From an uncultured Heliomicrobium sp. (GTDB lineage Bacteria > Acidobacteriota > Blastocatellia > RBC074), in assembly GCA_964470555.1 (NCBI GenBank), contig CAYYDG010000030.1:12954-76953 (forward strand): a stretch of 64,000 nucleotides of DNA, given 5' to 3'. The first letter of the stretch is position 1. The number at the start of each line of letters is the position of its first letter. Under the pieces are notes generated by a model. The model was not told the origin of the DNA. It saw only the letters and a program-made list of their open reading frames with translations, and ran no database searches. The translations under genes were made by a program, and so were the position numbers. Positions 17,917-26,432 of this stretch are shown piece by piece.

Positions 17917-20811
17917 TCATTGGGCAATGCCAATTGCTTTGCTCACCAGGTCTGGCCGGTTGAATTCTTTGGCGTAAGCTTCGGCGGGTAGCAGCTTGTC
18001 GCCGACGCGCCAGCGGATGTAACGCGCCGCGTTTTCCGAGCCGGTGTAATAACCTTCGGGCGTGTAGGCTATCCACTCAGATTTTGATTTAGGCGCGTCA
18101 AAAGGGAAAAGGGCTACCAGCGTCAGCAATGGGCGGCCGCTCGTCACTTCGTAAATGGTTAATGTTCCTTCAGCGTTATGGCCGACAACCAATCTGCCGT
18201 CCTGCGAAATCTCTGTCTCATCTCCCCAGGAAGAGAAATCTCTCCGAAGCGACCAGTTCACCTTGCCGGTAGCGACATCGTAAAAACTTATCTCTTTTAA
18301 GTCTGAGTTGATGAGAGAGCGGCTGTCAGGCGAGAAAGACATTTTTCCAAGGCCGTCTGGAAGCGTCAGCAGCGCCTTGCCGGTTTGAGCGTCGCGCAAT
18401 TCGGTCGCGCCGGTCTTTGTTACCAGAATCCTGCCATTGGGAGAAAAAAACGGGCCTCGGATATTTGACGGGTTGCGTTTGAACGCCCATTTGACTTCAC
18501 CCGTTATCGTGTCCAGAACCGTTTGCATATCGTTGTCATCACTGTTCAGCGTCAGCGATCCATCAGGCGATAGCGCAATGACGGCCAGCCTGCGCCGCTC
18601 AAGGGGTTTGATTAGCTCGCCGGATTGCGTATCCCACACCTGCACAACATTGGGCTTGGCGTTGATCCATCCATCGCCGCCCCACACCGAGGCGACGGTG
18701 AGCCTTGATCCATCGGCTGAGAAGCGGGCGTAGTGGATTTCACCTTTGGCGGCGAGTGTGAATTTCAGCTTCCCCGTTTGAGCGTCCCACAGCTTGACGG
18801 TCTTGTCGCCGAACGATTCGGGAGCCGATGGTTTCTCTTTGTTCTCTTCGTATTTTTCCGCTAACGAAGCGAGATTTCCGAGGATAGTTTTTTCATACTC
18901 TCCGATATCGGGAAACCCGCTGACCGTGGCGATGGTCTTGCCGTCAGGAGAGAAATGAACCTGTCCGACCGGCTTTGTGTGGCCAGCCAACGCGTAAAGC
19001 TCGCGGCCCGACTCGGCGTCGTAAAGTCTGACGGTGGTAGGATCGCCTTTCAGAGCGGCTCGGACGCGTCCGTCGGGTGAAATCCGCAGCGTCCCTTCGC
19101 TCTGTTCTTCGGCGTCCTCCGGCTTATTGTCATCCTCATTGTCATCCTCATTGTCCTCCGGCGCTTTCAGGAGTAACGGGTTAAGCTCCCACAGCAACTT
19201 TTGCGGCCTGTCGAAGGATTGATGCAGGGTGGCTTCAACAATGGCGCGGCCGTCGGAAGAGAAAAACGCTATCGGATCGTGCAAGCCTCCGGAGACCGTG
19301 CGAATGAAGCGCCCGGTGTCCAGATGCCAAATCGCAATGGTTTTGCTGAGCGGTGCTACCGCCAGACGCCCGTCCCCCGAGAGGCTGAAAAACGCAAAAT
19401 TCGGATCGTCGTATTGATGCAAAGGATAAGCGTCCAGTTTGGTTTTCATCTGCCCGTTGCGAACATCCCACAAGCTGATGACGCCTTTGTCTTCTGCAAT
19501 GGCCAACACTGAACTGTCCGCCCAGTAATGCATTTTGGCGAATCGAGGTTGGTTGATTGGAAGCTCATGTCGGATTTCGCCGGTGCGTCCATCGCGTAAG
19601 ACGATGGCGTTATCTTTTTCGCGGATTGCCGCGACGGTTTGGCTATCGGGGGAGAAGCTAAAGGTGTGTTCTCCGTTTACACGTTTTCCTTTTACCGTGC
19701 GAGAGGGGACATCCCAGAACTCCAAAGCAGAAGAGGCGTCTTTTTGCGAATGACGCCAGAGCAGCAGTGTCTTGCCGTCTGGCGAAACGGCGCTGACGCT
19801 TTGGTTCGGCAAGCTTTGTTTCAAGGTTTGCAGCCGGGCGTCCCACAATTCGACCGCTCCGTGTTTTTGAGCTTCGGTCAGACTGGCGATTTGTTGAGCA
19901 GTGCAGTTGCAATGATTGACCGGAAACCGGTACAGCAAGATGGTTTGGCCGTTTTCCAAAAACGCTTCAAAGCTATGTTGTTTAAGCTCTCGCAGCAATT
20001 GACCCGTCGTTAAATCCCAAATCTTTACCGTTCCGTCTTCACTGCTTTCTTTGGTGTAAATGAGCAGTGTTCGGCCGTCAGGCGAGAACGAAGGGAAATT
20101 CCAGGCAGGATAAAAATTGCTTTCCAGCAAGACCGGGCGTGGCCATGTCTTGTTGCGTAAATAAAGCCGAGTCACTTTCCGTGGTTGTTCAGGCATCGGA
20201 GGTGGAGGAGGCGGCAAATTCCTGTTTTTACGTGGACGGGGCGGCGCGGTTGGTTTTGGCATTACCTGTTGAGTTTGAGCGCACAACGCCGTTGAACCAT
20301 CGGGAGAGGCGGTAATCAGTTTTTCGGTCGTGGAACAAAGCCCTTTGCTTTTCGGCGAATCCGGAATCAGTTGGCCGGTTTGCAGGTCGTAGGTTGCAAC
20401 GATTTCCGAGGATTCACGCTCAGACGCTTTGGTGAAATTGAAGGTAATTTTGATGGCGCGACTATCGCTCGTGAATTCAAAGCTTGGCCAGCCGCCGATC
20501 TCCATCTCGCCAGACAGAAATTCTGTTCCGGTAAACGTCCACCACAGATCGCCCGTCGCCGTGTCCCAAATTCTAACTTGTTGGTCAAATCCAGAGCTGG
20601 CGACAAACTTCCCATTGGGAGAGAGAACGACTTCGTTGATTTGTTGAGTGTGACCAATCTGCAATGCCAGCTTCGGGCGTTCGCTCTTCGAATCAGCGGG
20701 GCGCTGGGCCAAAGCCGCTGGAGTAAGGCAGAGCAAAAGGCCGGTGATTGCGCTCAGAATGGCTATGCTTGCGCTGAATCGTTGATTGGCGCAGAGGTTT
20801 GAGGGTGTCAT
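17917..20811 (-). CDS. Secreted WD40 repeat protein (large paralog) with poly-Pro and acidic NEDD repeats and the same C-terminal domain
   Basis: Start trimmed to MTPSNL (AGGAG RBS); WD40-like repeats; PPPPPP; EDNEDDNEDDNKPEDAEE; C-terminus WIAYTPEGYY...ARYIRWRVGDKLLPAEAYAKEFNRPDLV. Confidence 0.8.
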   Translation of the reverse strand: MTPSNLCANQRFSASIAILSAITGLLLCLTPAALAQRPADSKSERPKLALQIGHTQQINEVVLSPNGKFVASSGFDQQVRIWDTATGDLWWTFTGTEFLSGEMEIGGWPSFEFTSDSRAIKITFNFTKASERESSEIVATYDLQTGQLIPDSPKSKGLCSTTEKLITASPDGSTALCAQTQQVMPKPTAPPRPRKNRNLPPPPPPMPEQPRKVTRLYLRNKTWPRPVLLESNFYPAWNFPSFSPDGRTLLIYTKESSEDGTVKIWDLTTGQLLRELKQHSFEAFLENGQTILLYRFPVNHCNCTAQQIASLTEAQKHGAVELWDARLQTLKQSLPNQSVSAVSPDGKTLLLWRHSQKDASSALEFWDVPSRTVKGKRVNGEHTFSFSPDSQTVAAIREKDNAIVLRDGRTGEIRHELPINQPRFAKMHYWADSSVLAIAEDKGVISLWDVRNGQMKTKLDAYPLHQYDDPNFAFFSLSGDGRLAVAPLSKTIAIWHLDTGRFIRTVSGGLHDPIAFFSSDGRAIVEATLHQSFDRPQKLLWELNPLLLKAPEDNEDDNEDDNKPEDAEEQSEGTLRISPDGRVRAALKGDPTTVRLYDAESGRELYALAGHTKPVGQVHFSPDGKTIATVSGFPDIGEYEKTILGNLASLAEKYEENKEKPSAPESFGDKTVKLWDAQTGKLKFTLAAKGEIHYARFSADGSRLTVASVWGGDGWINAKPNVVQVWDTQSGELIKPLERRRLAVIALSPDGSLTLNSDDNDMQTVLDTITGEVKWAFKRNPSNIRGPFFSPNGRILVTKTGATELRDAQTGKALLTLPDGLGKMSFSPDSRSLINSDLKEISFYDVATGKVNWSLRRDFSSWGDETEISQDGRLVVGHNAEGTLTIYEVTSGRPLLTLVALFPFDAPKSKSEWIAYTPEGYYTGSENAARYIRWRVGDKLLPAEAYAKEFNRPDLVSKAIGIAQ
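17943..18035. repeat. Partner of the repeat at 14895-14990
   Basis: See 14895-14990. Confidence 0.8.
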
Positions 20812-21099
20812 GTTTATCTCCTTTCGCCTGGGGCGCATGGAAAATAATGATTGCTGCTGAGCAGAGGATTACTTTGCAGAATAAGACGCTAAATGTTTTG
20901 TTGTTCATATTCGTTTCTCCTTCAATGGGATCGAAACGCTGGCGTTTACCTGTGCTTCAGACCCAGGCCGATATTTTCGAGCCGTCGCAAAAATGATTGG
21001 AACGACTCGGTTTCTTTTGGCGGACAATGTTCATGAGTCAAAAAGCGACTGTGACTTCTTCAATTGCAGATTCCGCGAAAACGCTTCGTCCGATTGGAT

Positions 21100-21133
21100 A
21101 AGCGAGAACTCCGGGAATTCGGTATCAGTTGAT
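21100..21133. promoter_or_regulatory. Copy B of the 34-nt conserved intergenic motif
   Basis: AAGCGAGAACTCCGGGAATTCGGTATCAGTTGAT. Confidence 0.4.
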
Positions 21134-21538
21134 GTGCGGGTTTTTCGCAAAGAGGCTGAGTTCTTTTCAGGTGAATCAGGTTTTTTTGCGCTCTGAAAGA
21201 ATGGCTTTGGGTAAGCGCCGCCGATATAATTTCAGCGCTTTCGTTCTGGGATGTTTTTCCAAATGCGCGACAATTGGCGGAATGGCCCTGAATCGGTTGA
21301 AGCCGTTTATTTACGATGAAATACATCGGTTGGCGAATCGTTACATTTCCTGCGGCGCTGCAATCAATGCTTTACATAATTATGTCGGTCATTCTGGATT
21401 TGGCTGTGTGAAGCGTCGAACCGGTTGGCCTGGTCGGATGTGCTCCAGGTCTGGTTCGTGGAAAGGCTCGTTGCCATCAACTGCGAACGGTTGAAGACAA
21501 CCTGCTGTTAGATATTGAACTTAGCCTGAGGTCGTTCC

Positions 21539-24500
21539 ATGTCTGCTGAAATTACTCCTGAACGCTGGCGATTGGTGGATGAGTTGCTGGATGAGGCGCT
21601 GGAAATTGTCCCGGCGGAAATCCCGTCATTTCTCAATCGCGTGTGCAATGGCGACGACGATTTGAGGCGCGAACTCGAATCGCTGCTTGGCGCGCATCAT
21701 CAGGCTGGCGAATTTATCGAATCTCCTCCGATAACCGCGATTGAGGAATTGCCGCCAATCGAGCATCTGCCAAATCCGAATCAGGCGGACGCCACGGGGC
21801 AGATGATCGGCCAGTACCGTGTTCTGGGCGAAATCGGGCGCGGCGGCATGGGCGTGGTTTACAAAGCCGTGCGGGCCGACGACGAATACCATAAAGAAGT
21901 AGCGATCAAGCTGGTCTGGACAAGCCCTCATAACACTCATCTGATCAGACGCTTCAGGCGCGAGCGGCAGATTCTGGCCAATCTGGATCATCCGAACATC
22001 GCCCGTTTGTTGGACGGCGGCACGTCGGAGCAGGGCCTGCCTTACGTTGTGATGGAGTACATCGAAGGCCAGTTCATCACCGATTATTGCCGCGAACGCC
22101 ATTTGTCAATTACCGAGCGGCTGCAACTTTTCCGCGATGTTTGCGCGGCTGTGCAATACGCGCATCAATCGCTGGTCATCCATCGCGATCTGAAACCGTC
22201 GAACATACTCGTCACCGCCGATGGCAAAGTGAAGTTGTTGGATTTCGGCATCGCCAAACTCATCAAGCCCGATTTAACCGAAGAGCCATTCAGGACGCAG
22301 AACCTGACTACGGGCGCTCATCTGATGACGCCGGAATATGCCAGTCCCGAACAGGCGCTCGGCGAAGCCATCACGACGGCCAGCGATGTTTATAGCCTCG
22401 GCGTCGTGCTGTATGAATTGCTGGCCGGAATCTATCCGTACCAACTCAAATCTCACGCGTTGCCGGAAGTCATACGCGCGGTCACTGAACAGGATGTAGT
22501 GGCGCCGAGTGTGGCTGTCACGCGGAGCAAATCATCTTCAACCGACTACTTTCCAGAAGGCGGCTCCGATGGCAGCGTGGATAAATTGCGCTCGCGGCTG
22601 CGCGGCGACCTCGATACCATCGTGTTGACCGCTCTCAACAAGGATGTAAACCGCCGTTACCGCAGCGCCGAACAATTAAGCGAAGACATACACCGCCATT
22701 TGACGCACCAGCCGATCGCGGCCCGCAATCCCACGCTGGGTTATCGCATTCGCAAGCTCGTGCGGCGCCAGCGCGCCCCCATCGCGACCGCCGCGCTGAT
22801 ATTTCTGACATTGCTGGGCGGTGTCATCGCGACCGCCAACCAAACACTCATCGCACGCTCCGAACGCGCCAAGGCTGAAGCCCACGCGCAAGAAGCTATG
22901 CGCCAGCGGGCGGCCGCCGAAGCGCAAGCCGAAGAGGCGCGCAAACAACAATCGTTTTCCGAAGCCAACGCCGCCGAAGCGAATCACCAACGCCTGCTGG
23001 CCGAAGAATTGACCGAGGAGACGATCAAACATCAACAGCTTGCCGACGCGTCCCGCCGGCGCGCCGAAGCGGGCGAGGCTTCATACCGCGGGCTGGCTTA
23101 CGCCGCTGAAATGCATCTGGGCGTGCAACACTGGGAAATGGCGAACATCGCCGGCCTCAGCCAGGTGGTCAACAATCACGTCCCGAAAAACGGCGAGTCG
23201 GATTTGCGCGGCTTCGAATGGTATTACCTCTGGCGTTTGCTGCGCCACAACGGCGAGCAGATGAGTTTGCCGCATAAAGCCGAGGTCTGGTCGGTGGCCT
23301 ATTCGCCCGATGGCAAAATGATCGCCACCGGCCACAGCGAAGACGAAGATTCCATCAAACTCTGGGACGCGGCCACGGGAGGTTTGATCAGAGTATTCAA
23401 GGGCGCAAGGTCTTTGCCATGGACTATCGCTTTTTCGCCTGACGGCGCGAAGCTGGCTGGCGCTTTCAACGACGGCGCGGCCAGAGTGTGGGAAGTGGGT
23501 TCGGGCCGGGAATCGCTTGTTCTCAAAGGACACAAAAGCAGGGCGACCTCCATCGCTTTTTCGCCTGACGGAAAAACGCTTGTGACAGGCAGCGATGATG
23601 AGACGGTGAAACTGTGGGAAGCAGCCACGGGACGTGAGCAATTGACGATTCTTCCCAGGTCGGGGTTGATAAAGTCAGTGGCGTTTTCGCCCGATGGCAA
23701 AATGATCGCGACGGGTGGCGTGGGCAGCGCGACAGCCAGAAGAGGCGATTTTTTGGTTAGACTCTGGCGCGTTGGCGACGGTAAGGAAATCGTGGCTTTC
23801 GATCCCGACGGCGGATGGTCATTGGCATTTTCTCCTGATGGGAAAATGCTGGCGACGGCCTCGCGCGACTATATCAGGTTGTGGGATTTCGTCAGCCGCC
23901 GCGAAATCGCAACGCTGAGAGGCCATAATTCCAGAATTCGTGCCATCGCGTTTGCGCCAGATGGCCGCTATGTCGCATCAGCCTCTGACGATCGCACCGT
24001 GAAACTCTGGGACGTTGAAACGCGGCAGGAGCTTGCCACTTTGAAAGGCCATCGGGCCGAAATTTTCGCGACAGTCTTTTCGCCGGATGGCCGGAATCTG
24101 GTGACGGGAGCGATGGATTTCACGGCCAAGGTCTGGGACATCGGCGCCGCGACTGAACTCACACAAATTCGCAACACCAGGTCAATTTTCAATCGCGTGG
24201 TATTCGCGCCGGACGGGCGTCGGATAGCGACGACGGAAGATTTTGATCTGGCTATTCGCGATGCGAAAACCGGACGTGAACTCGTTCGTTGCCAGGGGCA
24301 CACAGCGGCCATTAGCGCCTTCGCTTTTTCGCCTGATGGGCGAACCATCGCCAGCGCCAGTCAGGACAGAACCGTTCGGCTCTGGGACGCCGCTTCCGGG
24401 AAGGAATTGTTCACGCTCAATAGTCACACCGGAACCACAATGGCCGTCGCTTTTTCGCCGGATGGCCGCAAACTGGTTTCCAGCGCGCAGGATCAAACGG

Positions 24501-25081
24501 CGCGGGTCTGGGACCTGGCCACCCGGCGCGAACTGCTCACGTTCAGAGGCCATTCCCACCCCGTGATGATGGCCGTCGCTTTTACGCCGGATGGCCGCCG
24601 CATTGCGACCGGCAGTTACGACAAGACGGTCAAGTTATGGGACTCAGCGACGGGAAAAGAACTCGCGACTTTTTCAGGGCAGGTCAAACCCGTCATGAGC
24701 GTGGCAATTTCCCCCGATGGCCAACTGCTTGCCGCCGGTAGCGCCGACACCACTGTGAAGATATGGGAACTGGCGACCGGTCGGGAAGTCGTCACGCTAA
24801 CGGGCAGCGCGGGCCACGTCCGTGCCCTCGCCTTTTCTTCCGACGGTAAGCGTCTGGCGACAGGCAGCGGCGATGGCGTAGTTCGTTTGTGGGATCCGGC
24901 CAGCGGGCAGGAATTGATCGCGCTCAGAGACCATTTGGGTCAGGTCAACAGCGTGGCCTTTTCACCGGATGGTCAAACGTTGGCCAGCGCTACGGCGGGC
25001 GGCCCTGTGCGATTTTGGCGCGCTGCTGTTGCTGACAATGCGCAAGCTCATCTCAGGAAATCATCCAATTCTGTTCATTGA
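21539..25081 (+). CDS. Ser/Thr protein kinase with sigma-associated N-terminal domain, TM segment, coiled coil and a C-terminal WD40 beta-propeller array
   Basis: GRGGMGVVYKA, HRDLKPSNIL, DFGIAK; more than 12 WD40 repeats (GH..WD motifs). Confidence 0.9.
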   Translation: MSAEITPERWRLVDELLDEALEIVPAEIPSFLNRVCNGDDDLRRELESLLGAHHQAGEFIESPPITAIEELPPIEHLPNPNQADATGQMIGQYRVLGEIGRGGMGVVYKAVRADDEYHKEVAIKLVWTSPHNTHLIRRFRRERQILANLDHPNIARLLDGGTSEQGLPYVVMEYIEGQFITDYCRERHLSITERLQLFRDVCAAVQYAHQSLVIHRDLKPSNILVTADGKVKLLDFGIAKLIKPDLTEEPFRTQNLTTGAHLMTPEYASPEQALGEAITTASDVYSLGVVLYELLAGIYPYQLKSHALPEVIRAVTEQDVVAPSVAVTRSKSSSTDYFPEGGSDGSVDKLRSRLRGDLDTIVLTALNKDVNRRYRSAEQLSEDIHRHLTHQPIAARNPTLGYRIRKLVRRQRAPIATAALIFLTLLGGVIATANQTLIARSERAKAEAHAQEAMRQRAAAEAQAEEARKQQSFSEANAAEANHQRLLAEELTEETIKHQQLADASRRRAEAGEASYRGLAYAAEMHLGVQHWEMANIAGLSQVVNNHVPKNGESDLRGFEWYYLWRLLRHNGEQMSLPHKAEVWSVAYSPDGKMIATGHSEDEDSIKLWDAATGGLIRVFKGARSLPWTIAFSPDGAKLAGAFNDGAARVWEVGSGRESLVLKGHKSRATSIAFSPDGKTLVTGSDDETVKLWEAATGREQLTILPRSGLIKSVAFSPDGKMIATGGVGSATARRGDFLVRLWRVGDGKEIVAFDPDGGWSLAFSPDGKMLATASRDYIRLWDFVSRREIATLRGHNSRIRAIAFAPDGRYVASASDDRTVKLWDVETRQELATLKGHRAEIFATVFSPDGRNLVTGAMDFTAKVWDIGAATELTQIRNTRSIFNRVVFAPDGRRIATTEDFDLAIRDAKTGRELVRCQGHTAAISAFAFSPDGRTIASASQDRTVRLWDAASGKELFTLNSHTGTTMAVAFSPDGRKLVSSAQDQTARVWDLATRRELLTFRGHSHPVMMAVAFTPDGRRIATGSYDKTVKLWDSATGKELATFSGQVKPVMSVAISPDGQLLAAGSADTTVKIWELATGREVVTLTGSAGHVRALAFSSDGKRLATGSGDGVVRLWDPASGQELIALRDHLGQVNSVAFSPDGQTLASATAGGPVRFWRAAVADNAQAHLRKSSNSVH

Positions 25082-25083
25082 TT

Positions 25084-25115
25084 CAGTTGACCTGATTGCG
25101 TCAACTGATCTTTTT
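25084..25115 (+). terminator. Hairpin plus T-tract between convergent genes
   Basis: CAGTTGAC-n8-GTCAACTG then ATCTTTTT. Confidence 0.5.
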
Positions 25116-26420
25116 CGACACAACAAGACCGTCCAGTTGATTTTGCGCGTTCCAGTATCGTTTGGTTAAAAACCAGCGCCGGTCATGGTGGGCTTCGTGG
25201 GTGATGCGGTCAATCCAGTCGGGCAATGCGGCCAGGTGTTCATCCCAGGCGGTTTGGCAAGCGGCGGCGGTTGGCAAATCGCCATTGCTCAACGAAAGGA
25301 ATTTGGCTTCCAATTCGCGCCGTGCGATTTCAGTCATCGCTCTTCGGCGCGCGTAATCGCCCAGCGTCAGCCGGTGCAAATGTTCGTGTCGCCACCACAA
25401 ACTTTCAGCGTCGTAACTTTCACCGGCAAGCGCGCCGGTTGAAATTAGTTCGCTGCCAAGTGCGAACGGCTTGAAGACGCTCAAACACGGCGAAGAGGTT
25501 CCGGTCATCCAGTGCAGCGAACCGCTGGCGCTCAAACGGCTGACCATTGAACCCGTCGTTTGCCCGCTTTGCCGCGTTTTCAACCACGAAGCGTGACCGC
25601 AAGGCATTTGCAATCGCAACCCTGTTTCAGGTGTTTGACCTGCGTGATCGCGCAACGCAGCGAACAAATCGGCTCGGCCAATTTTCCCGTCCGACAACAT
25701 CAAACGCCGAAACGTGCAGGCTCTGCGAACGTCGCCGCCGCTGGTAAAGCGATAAAACGGATCGCCGAAGGCTTTGGCAAAATCGAAGTCGTTCGCTGAT
25801 TTGCACCAGCCTTGCGCTTTTGCGAATTCATACGCGCCATCGGAAATCAGATCGAAGTCTTTGCCGATGGTCAGCACGTTGCTGATGGTTCGCACACCGC
25901 GAACTTGCTGCGCCGCCCAATGTCTGTCGGCGGTTTCCAACACCCAGGCTTCGGTCGGGTCGGCGATGATGAACGAATTGTGATAGCGAAATCCTTTGTG
26001 ACGATAACCGCATAACCCGCCTTGTCCAAAGTCAGCGATCAATCGGGTAATCAATTCCAACGCCTCGCGCGCGGTTGCCGAACGCTCCAACGCCAATCGC
26101 AGCAAATCCATGCCGGTCAATCCGGTTTTCGGCACAGGCAATTTGGTGAAGACGGCTTCGTTGCCAATGGCGACGCCGCGCGCGTTCGCGCCCATTTCCG
26201 CGCCCCACATCCAGAACGGACGGCTGAGCACGACTTCGTAAGTTTCAGCAGCTTGGGGAATTTCGATGTAAGTACATTGCAGATTCGCAGGCGAAGCGAA
26301 TTTTTGCGCGGGCAGATGGACGATGTTTTGGGCTTCGCCGGGTTCGCGGTCGCTGTTTTTGCCGAACCAGACAACGGCGTCTTTTGTGGCGGGAGGAACG
26401 GTTACGATGGTGTCACACAT
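25101..26420 (-). CDS. Peptidase C69 family / secernin-like Ntn hydrolase
   Basis: N-terminus MCDTIVTVPPATKDAVVWFGKNSDREPGEAQ resembles the Cys-nucleophile start of secernins and C69 dipeptidases. Confidence 0.55.
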   Translation of the reverse strand: MCDTIVTVPPATKDAVVWFGKNSDREPGEAQNIVHLPAQKFASPANLQCTYIEIPQAAETYEVVLSRPFWMWGAEMGANARGVAIGNEAVFTKLPVPKTGLTGMDLLRLALERSATAREALELITRLIADFGQGGLCGYRHKGFRYHNSFIIADPTEAWVLETADRHWAAQQVRGVRTISNVLTIGKDFDLISDGAYEFAKAQGWCKSANDFDFAKAFGDPFYRFTSGGDVRRACTFRRLMLSDGKIGRADLFAALRDHAGQTPETGLRLQMPCGHASWLKTRQSGQTTGSMVSRLSASGSLHWMTGTSSPCLSVFKPFALGSELISTGALAGESYDAESLWWRHEHLHRLTLGDYARRRAMTEIARRELEAKFLSLSNGDLPTAAACQTAWDEHLAALPDWIDRITHEAHHDRRWFLTKRYWNAQNQLDGLVVSKKIS

Positions 26421-26432
26421 GAGTTGATGTTT

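Noticed and set aside
20993-21326. Overlapping small ORFs in the 700-bp gap upstream of the kinase-WD40 gene
   Set aside because: Mutually overlapping on both strands with no RBS. The region more likely holds promoters and the 34-nt motif.
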